From the sequence record MK250016.1: a stretch of DNA of 32,000 nucleotides; one strand, 5' to 3'. The notes under the pieces are model-generated. The model was not told the DNA's origin and did not search any database. It was given only the letters and a program-made list of their open reading frames with translations. This DNA is from Prevotella phage Lak-A1. Below, piece after piece: positions 9,638-18,763 of this stretch; positions within the stretch are counted from its first letter, which is position 1, and each line of letters opens with the position of its first letter. The position numbers and the translations under genes were made by a program.

Positions 9638-9786
9638 TAGTAGATATGAATGTATTAGAAGAACCAAAAGAATTTAAAGATTTTGGTAATTATCTTCAAA
9701 AAACATATAAATTTTCTAATGAACAAATAATTTCTATTACTAGTGAAATACATAAGTTAATTAGAAAAAAATTAAAAGAAAAATAA
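9634..9786 (+). CDS. Small hypothetical protein (50 aa)
   Basis: ATGA-coupled short ORF MIVDMNVLEEPKEFKDFGNYLQKTYKFSNEQIISITSEIHKLIRKKLKEK. Below the ORF-track length cut-off. Confidence 0.5.
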   Translation: MIVDMNVLEEPKEFKDFGNYLQKTYKFSNEQIISITSEIHKLIRKKLKEK

Positions 9787-9798
9787 GTAGTTGAATAT

Positions 9799-10269
9799 AT
9801 GGGTTTATTTAAATATCCAAGTATGCATGAATTGAAGGATATTGCAATGATTTATAATGATAATGAATGGGATAACGCAAAATTAGTTGTATGGGATCCA
9901 GAATATCAGAGAGAATATAATATATCATTTACAGGTTCTTCTAGACCAACTGAAAATGAAGTAGGTAAAGTTCATTTTAATATAACAAGAGTTAAAGATG
10001 AAAAATCTGCTGATGAAGAAGCGATAGATAAAGAATTAGATGAACAATTTCCTACTTTATCACAATTAGAGAAAAATAAGTATGAACTTATTTTTAGACG
10101 TGGTGTTGAATATGGGAAAAATGTTATTAAGAATGAATTATTAAAAGAAATATTTAAATCACCATGTGAATCATGCGGAAATTATATGATGTCAGATGAT
10201 TGCGTATGTAATAAATTATATAAGTATTGTGATTTTATAAAAGAAGTTAAAAAAAGGATTGAGAAGTAA
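9799..10269 (+). CDS. Hypothetical protein with C-terminal cysteine cluster
   Basis: 156 aa, ...CESCGNYMMSDDCVCNKLYKYC... Confidence 0.7.
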   Translation: MGLFKYPSMHELKDIAMIYNDNEWDNAKLVVWDPEYQREYNISFTGSSRPTENEVGKVHFNITRVKDEKSADEEAIDKELDEQFPTLSQLEKNKYELIFRRGVEYGKNVIKNELLKEIFKSPCESCGNYMMSDDCVCNKLYKYCDFIKEVKKRIEK

Positions 10270-10285
10270 ATATTCTCAATCCTTT
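10253..10285. terminator. Bidirectional terminator between convergent genes
   Basis: AAAGGATTGAGAA-gtaaata-TTCTCAATCCTTT overlapping the 3' end of the + strand gene and facing the 3' end of the minus gene at 10297. Confidence 0.75.
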
Positions 10286-10296
10286 AATTTTATATA

Positions 10297-10878
10297 TTAA
10301 TATAAATCTTCATCATCATTTTCATCATACAAATAATCATCAGAATCAGTTTCCTCATCATATTCATCATCTTCTTGAGGATCTCCAGTATATATTTCTT
10401 CTACATTATCATTATCAATATAAAATGTGAATGTTCCATCTTCATATGATAACTTTATAGTGTGAGAATCTGCATCATCTACATCAATAACTGTTACATC
10501 TTTATCATTTCTAAGTTCCTCAATATCCTTACAATATGAAGAATCAAAGATACCTAAAGCTCCTGCATCTACTCCATATGTTTTACCAGACATTGAATCA
10601 TATGAACCATCACCAAATGCAGTTCCATGAACAAAACCGATAATATTATTATCATCTGTGATTATACCATCTTCATAATCTGGTCCCCAACAATTTTCAT
10701 AAATATCATCATCTAAAATATAACAAGGATCGCCAATAACCATTGTTAATTTTTCACCTTCTGTATCTATTGTTTCAGAGTAAGAATCTGAACTACTACT
10801 ATAACTTTCATTAATTTTTGTTTTAACAGATTTTGCAATAGAAGTTATAATATTTTCATAAAGTTTTTTACTATTCAT
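10297..10878 (-). CDS. Hypothetical acidic phage protein (MVIGDPCYI motif)
   Basis: 193-aa ORF; KLTMVIGDPCYILDDDIYENCWG... with an Asp/Glu-rich C-terminus. Confidence 0.7.
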   Translation of the reverse strand: MNSKKLYENIITSIAKSVKTKINESYSSSSDSYSETIDTEGEKLTMVIGDPCYILDDDIYENCWGPDYEDGIITDDNNIIGFVHGTAFGDGSYDSMSGKTYGVDAGALGIFDSSYCKDIEELRNDKDVTVIDVDDADSHTIKLSYEDGTFTFYIDNDNVEEIYTGDPQEDDEYDEETDSDDYLYDENDDEDLY

Positions 10879-10995
10879 AAATTAATATATAATTTATTTT
10901 TATATTTATTTGCTCATATTTTGATTAATATATAGTTAGCTTAGTATTTATATATTTTATTAATTACATGATGATACAGAGCAAATATAGTATAA

Positions 10996-11033
10996 AAAAT
11001 GAGATATAACTATTGAATGTTATATCTCATTTT
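10996..11033. terminator. Hairpin terminator at the 3' end of the minus-strand operon
   Basis: AAAATGAGATATAAC-tattgaat-GTTATATCTCATTTT, 15-bp perfect stem. Confidence 0.75.
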
Positions 11034-11039
11034 ATTTAA

Positions 11040-11345
11040 TTAACTATCATAACCATATCGTCCAAATGCATGAACAATTTCACCTCCTGGTGTTTTATAT
11101 GATTCATCATATGTTTCCATATCATAATCATTAAAATAATCATCATATGATTTATAATCATCATCTGAATCATATTTCTCTTGATTTGCTTCATACTCTT
11201 CTCTTGTAATGAAAACTTCACTATATTTGCCATATAGAAGTTCACCATTTTCCCACTTTTTATATTCTGAATCAGAACACATAGTAAGTGTATGGACAGA
11301 ACTTGAATTGGTTTCAAATACACCTTGTCTTACAGATACTTTCAT
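11040..11345 (-). CDS. FETNSSS-motif protein, paralogue 5
   Basis: 101 aa: MKVSVRQGVFETNSSSVHTLTMCSDSEYKKW... Confidence 0.85.
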   Translation of the reverse strand: MKVSVRQGVFETNSSSVHTLTMCSDSEYKKWENGELLYGKYSEVFITREEYEANQEKYDSDDDYKSYDDYFNDYDMETYDESYKTPGGEIVHAFGRYGYDS

Positions 11346-11367
11346 TTTATTAAATTTATCTTAATTT

Positions 11368-11928
11368 TTAATTACCTTTATCAAAATCCCAAGATGAACC
11401 AAAATCTGGTGTTTCTACTTCTTCATCAACATTATCATTACCTGTTGATACATAACTATTATAATCAAACAAATAATTCAAAAGTCTTTTTTCATTAAAT
11501 ACTGTTGACTCAATAAAATCACCAAGGTCTTCTGTATGGTCAATATAACCATCATCTTTTTCACCTTCTGCATTCTTACATACTATGTAAGTATATGTGT
11601 CACCATTATCATATGTATGAGTATGCATAGAAATATCATCATAAACAAATACAGCTTTAATTCCATATTTTGCAAGTGTTTCTTTAATTGCTTGCATACA
11701 TTCTTTAACTTTATCGATATTTTTCCAATAATATCCAATAATAGCTTCCCATAGATATGATGCTTTATCTGATGTATTGAAATAGATTTCAAAATCCCAT
11801 CCAAAATCTCCTTTATCAAATCTTACTGCATCTGGATATTCAGTAATATTTGATTTCTTAATAATAGAAATTGCATGTGTAGAACTTGAATTTGTTTCAA
11901 ATACACTTTGTCTAATTTGTACTTTCAT
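11368..11928 (-). CDS. FETNSSS-motif protein, paralogue 4
   Basis: 186 aa: MKVQIRQSVFETNSSSTHAISIIKKSNITEYPDAVRFDKGDFGWDFEI... Confidence 0.85.
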   Translation of the reverse strand: MKVQIRQSVFETNSSSTHAISIIKKSNITEYPDAVRFDKGDFGWDFEIYFNTSDKASYLWEAIIGYYWKNIDKVKECMQAIKETLAKYGIKAVFVYDDISMHTHTYDNGDTYTYIVCKNAEGEKDDGYIDHTEDLGDFIESTVFNEKRLLNYLFDYNSYVSTGNDNVDEEVETPDFGSSWDFDKGN

Positions 11929-11954
11929 TTACTTTATTTTTAAAAATTAATAGA

Positions 11955-12311
11955 TTAACATGGTTGATATGTAGAAACAACAATAGTAGAATCAACACCA
12001 TTAGAGTCTTTTATAACCTCTGTAATAGTATCCCAACCTTCATCCGCATAATGATAAATATCCTTCCATACTTCATAAGGGATATAATCATAGTCATCGA
12101 ACCAAATATCTTCATTTACATTATTAGGATCATAAATTAATTGATCCTTTGGGACATCTTTTACATTAATAAGTTTGTCTGCTGATGGTCCATTTTCAAT
12201 AACCATTTTTCCTTCTTTAAATGCTTGCCAATCACTACCATTAAATAATGCTAATGAATGTGTAGAACTTGAATTCGTTTCAAATACGCCTTCTCTAATC
12301 TGAATTTTCAT
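11955..12311 (-). CDS. FETNSSS-motif protein, paralogue 3
   Basis: 118 aa: MKIQIREGVFETNSSSTHSLALFNGSDWQAFKEGKMVIENG... Confidence 0.85.
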   Translation of the reverse strand: MKIQIREGVFETNSSSTHSLALFNGSDWQAFKEGKMVIENGPSADKLINVKDVPKDQLIYDPNNVNEDIWFDDYDYIPYEVWKDIYHYADEGWDTITEVIKDSNGVDSTIVVSTYQPC

Positions 12312-12314
12312 ATA

Positions 12315-12986
12315 TTACAAAATATAAATTTTTGGCTTATTATAAGGTGCATATGCAATATCTTGAAATGTGATAATATTTTCATCTTTCATTACATCAT
12401 CAAAGAATTTATCGAACTCATCTACAGTAATCCATTTATTATTACCATGTTCAGAAAAATATTTTACATGTGTATCTGTATTTTCTATTGTTTCTGTATA
12501 TACACCATGTTCAAGATTATTGATTACATGTACAATATCATAACCTTTACTTTTTGTATATTCTTTAATTCGTTCAACAAATCTTGCATATACTTTAGTA
12601 TCTGTTAGCAATGTATCATGATATTCATTTTCAAAATAAGTTGAACCATATGCATCTCTATTATAATCTTCTATATAATATGCATTTTCATTTAATGCCA
12701 TTGCAATATACTGAAGTTTTGCAATCCAGTTTGAGATAATATAATAAACATTTCCACATTCATCACCATTTTCAAAATATATGCCTGTAAGTGTAAATGT
12801 TTTATTTTCTTTATCAATACAAAGTAAAGGATTAAACATATCATTATCAATGTTTTCCTTATATTGCTCTATAATAGCTTTGAATATATTATCTCTAACT
12901 GAATTTATAGAACCTTTAGTAATTTGCAAACTATGAGTAGAACTTGAATTGGTTTCAAATACTCCTCTCCTAATTTGTATTTTCAT
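12315..12986 (-). CDS. FETNSSS-motif protein, paralogue 2
   Basis: Start trimmed from the track's 12995 (MLN-M...) to the family-consistent ATG: MKIQIRRGVFETNSSSTHSLQITKGSINSVR... Confidence 0.85.
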   Translation of the reverse strand: MKIQIRRGVFETNSSSTHSLQITKGSINSVRDNIFKAIIEQYKENIDNDMFNPLLCIDKENKTFTLTGIYFENGDECGNVYYIISNWIAKLQYIAMALNENAYYIEDYNRDAYGSTYFENEYHDTLLTDTKVYARFVERIKEYTKSKGYDIVHVINNLEHGVYTETIENTDTHVKYFSEHGNNKWITVDEFDKFFDDVMKDENIITFQDIAYAPYNKPKIYIL

Positions 12987-12988
12987 AT

Positions 12989-13486
12989 TTAACAATATTC
13001 ATAAAAATTTTTATATTTAGAACCTTGTGGAAGATCATTATCACTGCTAAAATAATTATTATCAAAACATTGACATGATGATTTATTGTTAAAAATATAT
13101 CCTAAAAGATATTTTTCAAATGTTTCATCATCAACATTATTATTGAAAATATTATCCAATACATCTTCACACCAACCACTTGATTCATATTCACCATTTT
13201 CATCAATAAGGTAATCAAACTTAATTTCATATTTTGAAATTACCTTATTAATACGGTTTTTGCAATAAATGAAATTTGTTAATGAATCATTCATTGTCAT
13301 GTAATTAAACAATGAATCAAGACGTTCCTGAAGTTTATCATTTGTTTGACGTTTATCCCATGGTATACCAAGTTTAAATGTCATACCTGCATATTTTTTA
13401 ATATTTACTGGTTCCAAACATATAGTTAATGTATGTACGGAACTTGAATTTGTTTCAAATACACCTCGTCTAATTTGTACTTTCAT
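12989..13486 (-). CDS. FETNSSS-motif protein, paralogue 1 (promoter-proximal)
   Basis: 165 aa: MKVQIRRGVFETNSSSVHTLTICLEPVNIKKYAGMTF... Confidence 0.85.
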   Translation of the reverse strand: MKVQIRRGVFETNSSSVHTLTICLEPVNIKKYAGMTFKLGIPWDKRQTNDKLQERLDSLFNYMTMNDSLTNFIYCKNRINKVISKYEIKFDYLIDENGEYESSGWCEDVLDNIFNNNVDDETFEKYLLGYIFNNKSSCQCFDNNYFSSDNDLPQGSKYKNFYEYC

Positions 13487-13500
13487 AATTATATATTATA

Positions 13501-14388
13501 TTACTTCTTGCTATATTTGTTTTGAATAAAATGAAACATTTCATCCATTGTCTTATCACCAATAGGGAATCGCTCTTTTGAAATTGAATTCTTTGCAAAT
13601 TCACCCTTTACCATATCAATATAGAATGTATAACCTCCATCATCACCCATATAGAATTCATCCCATTCCTCTGATGAAAGAATACGCTGTACTTTAAGCT
13701 GTTCAATCGCAAGATTATCAAAACTCAAAACCTTAAAATATGTCTTAATCTCATCAAGATTATCAAAAAGATATTTTGTATTATTCTTAATGAATTCATC
13801 ATGTTGCTTATGATAGTTAATACCACGCTGCAAATCCTTATATCCAAGAAGCAATACTTTCAAATCATGATCACGAAGTTTTTGAATATCAGATTCTTTT
13901 AGAATTCCAACAATAGTATGCAGAACAGTATTAGGAATACTATTCATCTTTTCAATAAGTTCATCTGTAGGATGAATCAAAGAAACACCAATACCATAAA
14001 CATACTTATGTTCAGACCATGTTTTCAATTTATCATAGTTTCTCAAGAACTGATTCTGATTAACAGTAATGTTTGCATACACCTTTTTCTTTTTCAAAAA
14101 TTCAAGGAATGCAACAAGATCAGGATGATCTAGGTCATTACCATTAAGAGCAATCTCTGTATATGGATGAAGAGTATTAATAAAAGGATATGAAAACAAA
14201 TCACCGTGTTTCCCTTCTGGTGAGCACCCCTCGTAACAAAACTGACACATCTCTCGACACTTATCTGTTAATTTGCAATCTACGTTCTCAGAAAATGACG
14301 GAATAAATGAGTCTGCATCCGTTCGACGTATCTTAGTTCCATCACTCAAAATCGTTACAATGTAATTACCATTCTTATAACTTGGCAT
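13501..14388 (-). CDS. Radical SAM protein
   Basis: 295 aa; CxxxCxxC in CKLTDKCREMCQFCYEGCSPEGKHGDLFSYPFI, plus a TIM-barrel-like ALNGNDLDHPDLVAFLEFLKKKKVYANITVNQ segment. First gene of the minus-strand operon. Confidence 0.9.
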   Translation of the reverse strand: MPSYKNGNYIVTILSDGTKIRRTDADSFIPSFSENVDCKLTDKCREMCQFCYEGCSPEGKHGDLFSYPFINTLHPYTEIALNGNDLDHPDLVAFLEFLKKKKVYANITVNQNQFLRNYDKLKTWSEHKYVYGIGVSLIHPTDELIEKMNSIPNTVLHTIVGILKESDIQKLRDHDLKVLLLGYKDLQRGINYHKQHDEFIKNNTKYLFDNLDEIKTYFKVLSFDNLAIEQLKVQRILSSEEWDEFYMGDDGGYTFYIDMVKGEFAKNSISKERFPIGDKTMDEMFHFIQNKYSKK

Positions 14389-14435
14389 AATTCTTTTTAT
14401 TTAAAAATTAATATTTGTGTTTAAAACTGATATTA

Positions 14436-14466
14436 CAAAGATACATAAAAGTTTTCACATAGAAAA
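14436..14466 (-). promoter_or_regulatory. Putative Bacteroidota-type promoter of the radical SAM/FETNSSS operon
   Basis: Reverse strand TGTATCTTTG, about 48 nt upstream of the ATG at 14388. The upstream T-rich box is weaker than at the other sites. Confidence 0.5.
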
Positions 14467-14583
14467 TATGTAATAATCATTTTTAGCATTTATTTGATAA
14501 ATAAAGAAATTTATATGATTTAAATAAACTTTTTATTATTTCTTTCTTAAATAATAGAAGATATATTTTAATTTTTAATTTTA

Positions 14584-14925
14584 ATGATTATGACAGTATT
14601 TTACATTATTATGTTTATAGCATTGTATATTGCTTTTGGTATTACAATATTCGGAATTGGTTATAAATACGATTTTTTGGATGTTCGAAAAGATTATAAG
14701 CAATCAGTATGTCAAGGTGATGAATATTCAACAATTGTAATGAGTATTATTTTTTGGCCATTAATTGCAGCATGTTTTTTGTTGTTCTCAATACCACGAC
14801 GTATAATAGATAGTCTTATTAATGCAATAGATGAAGATATAAAATATGAAGAATTATTACGTAATAAACGGTTGAAGAACAATAAAGATAATTATAATGA
14901 CAATGATAATAATATAAAATTATGA
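14584..14925 (+). CDS. Putative membrane protein
   Basis: 113 aa with two hydrophobic segments (TVFYIIMFIALYIAFGITIFGIGY, STIVMSIIFWPLIAACFLLFSI). Confidence 0.65.
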   Translation: MIMTVFYIIMFIALYIAFGITIFGIGYKYDFLDVRKDYKQSVCQGDEYSTIVMSIIFWPLIAACFLLFSIPRRIIDSLINAIDEDIKYEELLRNKRLKNNKDNYNDNDNNIKL

Positions 14926-15221
14926 TTAATAGATTACATATTTCAACAAAAAGTCGTAAATATACAGATTATTACAGTGAATTTGTAAAATATAAAGGTA
15001 AGAAAATAAAAATTGTTATAAAATTTGAATCAAACCGATTTGTCGCACGTCTATATTTGTTAACAAATTTAGGGTTGAACGAATTTGCATACTCATCTGA
15101 TTTTGAATGTGATGTTAATAAATTTAATTGTAATTTTGACAGTATAGATAAAAATGAAAAAATAAAAATGATTAATACATTAAAAGATTTATCACGGGAT
15201 TATATTACTCAAGTATTCTAA
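14922..15221 (+). CDS. Hypothetical protein
   Basis: 99-aa ORF, ATGA-coupled. Confidence 0.65.
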   Translation: MINRLHISTKSRKYTDYYSEFVKYKGKKIKIVIKFESNRFVARLYLLTNLGLNEFAYSSDFECDVNKFNCNFDSIDKNEKIKMINTLKDLSRDYITQVF

Positions 15222-15247
15222 ATAATAAATATAAAAAAGAATACATA

Positions 15248-15517
15248 ATGATGAATAATATATTATCTTTTGTAATTATGTTTTTACAACATATATTATA
15301 TATTATAGAAGGCTATTTAAAATGGTTATTTGATATTATAACATTTAAGGAATCTCGACTTTCTAAAAAGAGAATGATTATATGTAAAAAATGTGAGAAT
15401 TATAATCATGGTATATGTGATAAATGTGGATGTATTCTTAAAGCAAAAACTAGAGTGGACTTTTTATTAGATAATGACGGAATTAGCATAGACGGATGTC
15501 CAATAAGGAAATGGTAA
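15248..15517 (+). CDS. Small zinc-binding-like phage protein with N-terminal hydrophobic segment
   Basis: CKKCENYNHGICDKCGCILKAKTRVDFLLDNDGISIDGCPIRKW, a Cys pattern common in small phage proteins. Confidence 0.7.
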   Translation: MMNNILSFVIMFLQHILYIIEGYLKWLFDIITFKESRLSKKRMIICKKCENYNHGICDKCGCILKAKTRVDFLLDNDGISIDGCPIRKW

Positions 15518-15537
15518 TAAACTATTTCCTTATTTTT
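15502..15537 (+). terminator. Rho-independent terminator
   Basis: AATAAGGAAAT ... ATTTCCTTATT followed by TTTTT. Confidence 0.8.
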
Positions 15538-15572
15538 TTATATAAAATATAAAAATAAAATGTTGTTATTTA

Positions 15573-16070
15573 ATGACTGAAATTTTTAAAGATATTAAAA
15601 GAGAAATGCAGGAAATTCAAGATAATATAGGTGCTTTTCACGAAACAGGATTAAGTGATGATGGAATGATGAAAATTAAACCGTCTATTACTGTATGTGT
15701 TGATTTTGATGGAACAATGGTTCAACATGAATATCCTGAAATTGGTAAAGAAACAGAAGGTTGTGTTGAAACATTAAAGCGATGGATTGATGAATATAAT
15801 GTAGGAATTATTCTCGATACTATGAGAAGTGGCGATTCATTGGATGAAGCTGTTGCATGGTGTAAAGAAAAAGGAATTAAATTATATGGTATCAGTAAAG
15901 ATCCAGAGCAAGAAAAATGGACAGATTCACCTAAAGCATATGCGCCATTTTCTATTGATGACAGAAATGTTGGATGTCCTTTAGTATATGGAAAATCAAG
16001 AAGACCATATGTAAACTGGGATAAGGTAGTAGAGATTTTTGAGCCTGTTATTAAAATGTTTGCAAAATGA
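15573..16070 (+). CDS. HAD-superfamily hydrolase-like protein
   Basis: 165 aa; ITVCVDFDGTMVQHEYPEIG (HAD motif I DxDGT), GIILDTMRSG, DDRNVGCPLVYG. Confidence 0.8.
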   Translation: MTEIFKDIKREMQEIQDNIGAFHETGLSDDGMMKIKPSITVCVDFDGTMVQHEYPEIGKETEGCVETLKRWIDEYNVGIILDTMRSGDSLDEAVAWCKEKGIKLYGISKDPEQEKWTDSPKAYAPFSIDDRNVGCPLVYGKSRRPYVNWDKVVEIFEPVIKMFAK

Positions 16071-16438
16071 TAAAATTTAAAAAGAAGGATACAGATAATA
16101 TATTAATCAGAGTTAAAGGTATATCAGGAAATGTAAAAGATTTATTATCATTGTTAGATAAACATGATTTATCTATTGATGCATTATATAATTATAAGGA
16201 ATTAGGAAAATATGTAGATAATTCAATTATAATGGCTGATATACGTAATTTGCTATGTAATGGTGCAAATGATTTAATTAATATATCACATATAAAAATA
16301 ATGTATGATATTACAGAAGTAAAATGTATAAAATTTGATACTTTTTATTTTTTTAAAGCATTATTATCAGATGCATCTACATCAACATATTTTTTAACTA
16401 ATGATAAAATGTTTATTGAAAAATATATTAAAAAATAA
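16067..16438 (+). CDS. Hypothetical protein
   Basis: 123-aa ORF, ATGA-coupled. Confidence 0.6.
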   Translation: MIKFKKKDTDNILIRVKGISGNVKDLLSLLDKHDLSIDALYNYKELGKYVDNSIIMADIRNLLCNGANDLINISHIKIMYDITEVKCIKFDTFYFFKALLSDASTSTYFLTNDKMFIEKYIKK

Positions 16439-16441
16439 ATT

Positions 16442-16975
16442 ATGTAGTACGACGACACAATTATTATTAATTTGATTGCTGGTGCATGTGCAGGAAAATC
16501 AACTATTGCGAGTGGAATTTTTTATAAATTAAAAATGAAAGGAGTTGATTGTGAGCAGTCATTGGAATATGCAAAAGACAGGGTTTGGGAAGGAAGTTAT
16601 TCAACAATGGATGATTAGATTTATATGTTTGGAAAACAATATCATCGTGTATGGAGATTGAATCATAAAGTATAGGTGGTTATATCAGATAGTCCATTAA
16701 TTTTATCAATTTATTATTCGAAATTTAAAAGTAAATATTTTGAAGATTTTGTAATAGAGCAATTTAATACATTTCATAATATTACATATTTTATTGATAG
16801 AGACACTGAATATAATCAGAATGGAAGAATCCATACACTTGAATAGGCAAAAGAAGCAGATCAAGAATTGAAAGATATTTTGGAAAAACATAATATTGAA
16901 TATACCACTGTTAAAACAACAGAGGCAACGGATATTATAACAGATCATATTTTAGATATATTGAATATGAAGTGA
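16442..16975 (+). CDS. P-loop (AAA-like) ATPase/kinase-type protein; TAG-recoded (4 in-frame TAGs)
   Basis: Code 15 translation: M-Q-YDDTIIINLIAGACAGKSTIASGIFYKLKMKGVDCEQSLEYAKDRVWEGSYSTMDD-Q-IYMFGKQYHRVWRLNHKV-Q-VVISDSPLILSIYYSKF... Walker A GACAGKST; resembles a recurring phage AAA protein with YAK...W...Q.Y.F.KQ...R and DSPL blocks. Confidence 0.85.
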
Positions 16976-17066
16976 GAAAATAAAGGGATGCAGAATTTGG
17001 TGATAATCTACATCCCTTTATTGCTTAAAATAAATAATGAAATATCATATACGAATATTTTAATTT

Positions 17067-18683
17067 ATGGAAGAAAGTAATCTTATTAATAATGATAATA
17101 TATATAATACTGATATGAGTACATCATAGTCTACTATTGGTGGAAATGCAACCACAAATAATAAATTTAATAAAGATGATTTATAGGAAGTTACAGGTGG
17201 AGGAGGTGGAGGTATTGTTACACCACCAACTACAATAGTTGATGGATCTGAAACATCATAGACGACAGGATCTTTAAGACCTATATTATTAATATTAGGT
17301 GATGGTACATCTATAGATGAAGAACCAGTTTTGCTTGAAGAAGATGGAGACACAACATATAAAGCTGTTATAAATTTAGATTTGGAATCTGATATACCTA
17401 TCATTACATTTAAAAGTGAAGCATCGAGCAAGTGTGATGCAAATTATGTAATTGCTGTTACAGAATCAGATAAAAATATACCTGTTAGTTATAACTCAAA
17501 AAATTTGAGTACAACATTTACTAATGATGGTAATAATTGGTGTAGTGTTGAATTTAAAAATCCATTAGAGGTAACATTTCCAAATAAAAATTTAACAGCT
17601 GATAATTTCCATGATAATTCTAAAATAATTGTGCCTGTTATATCATGTAAAGAAAATACAGGAGCAGAAAGAAATACAGTAATAACATTTAATATTGGAA
17701 ATTTTTCTATATTACATAATATACAAATGAATGTTATATAGAGTGCATATTCAGGAGAAATTACAGCAGGACCTTGTGTATTAAAATATGTAAGTGGTGA
17801 AGGTAAAGATAACAAAACATATAAATATAAAATATTAACTAATAACACATATTATATATTTAAAAATAATGGAAGTAGTTATATATATGAAAATGAAAAT
17901 GATAGAGATGCTAATAATGTAGGAAAATTTTTTTTATGTTTTGGTATTGTTGATTAGAATGGTAATATATATGATAATTTACCAAAGGATTTTAATGAAT
18001 TAACAAATAATTATACGAATTTAATAACATTATCAAAAACAAATTATAAATTATAGTTAATATATCAAACAGAAGTGTATAGAGTTGGAACTGCTGCAAT
18101 AATGGAGATTGATATACCAAATGATGCGAAACTTTAGGATGTAATTACTTTTAGTTATAATAATAAACAATTTATGACACTTAAATATGGACATTAGGAT
18201 TAGGAAAATACAATAATTGCAAGGGCAAAATGGTATGATTCAACTAGTCCTATTACCGATGGTAGTTTATATTTTTTAACAAGTAAAAACGTTAAAAAAG
18301 AAATATGGTATAGTGGCACACCTTTATAGTCTTATATGACTCAAGATAATATTATATTTTTAATAGATAATAAATATCAAATAAATACAAATAGCAAAAT
18401 ATTAAGTAATGTATTAACTGAATATAACTTAGAAAATAACGGTGGTTATGATTTTAATTCCTATATGAATTGTAACGTTATAGATATTTCTGATATAATA
18501 AATGATGTAGATGGAAACCATGTATATTTAAAAGATATAGAAAATGGTGAGCCTTTTATAAATTTTAAAATATATATTTATACACGAAATAATTAGAATG
18601 AATATATTTATTTAGGGTATATAGCAATGGGAGAAACATATAATGAAAGTGAAGCATTTATTGGTTTTTTTGATAAAAAATAA
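17067..18683 (+). CDS. Probable virion/appendage structural protein; TAG-recoded (11 in-frame TAGs)
   Basis: 538-aa continuous frame under code 15 ending in TAA. The standard track shows only two fragments (17331..17741, 18336..18596). Gly-rich linker TGGGGGGIVTPPTT and Asn/Thr/Ser-rich beta-type composition. Confidence 0.75.
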
Positions 18684-18763
18684 TAACTTATAATTACGTC
18701 ATTTAATTTACAGTATTTCATTTTTTAACGTAGATATATAAATTTATAGATAATTTATATATT

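Noticed and set aside
11036-11819. Alternative-frame ORFs 11036..11323 (-), 11536..11754 (+) and 11583..11819 (-)
   Set aside because: Overlap the FETNSSS-family genes, which have conserved starts and tidy operon spacing.
13501-14388. Radical SAM as an anaerobic ribonucleotide reductase activase or cofactor biosynthesis enzyme
   Set aside because: CxxxCxxC is present, but the surrounding sequence and neighbours (no NrdD or cofactor genes) do not support these roles.
17060-17848. Minus-strand ORFs 17060..17431 and 17489..17848
   Set aside because: They lie antisense to a continuous code-15 plus-strand gene (17067..18683) and show low-complexity hydrophobic composition typical of shadow ORFs.
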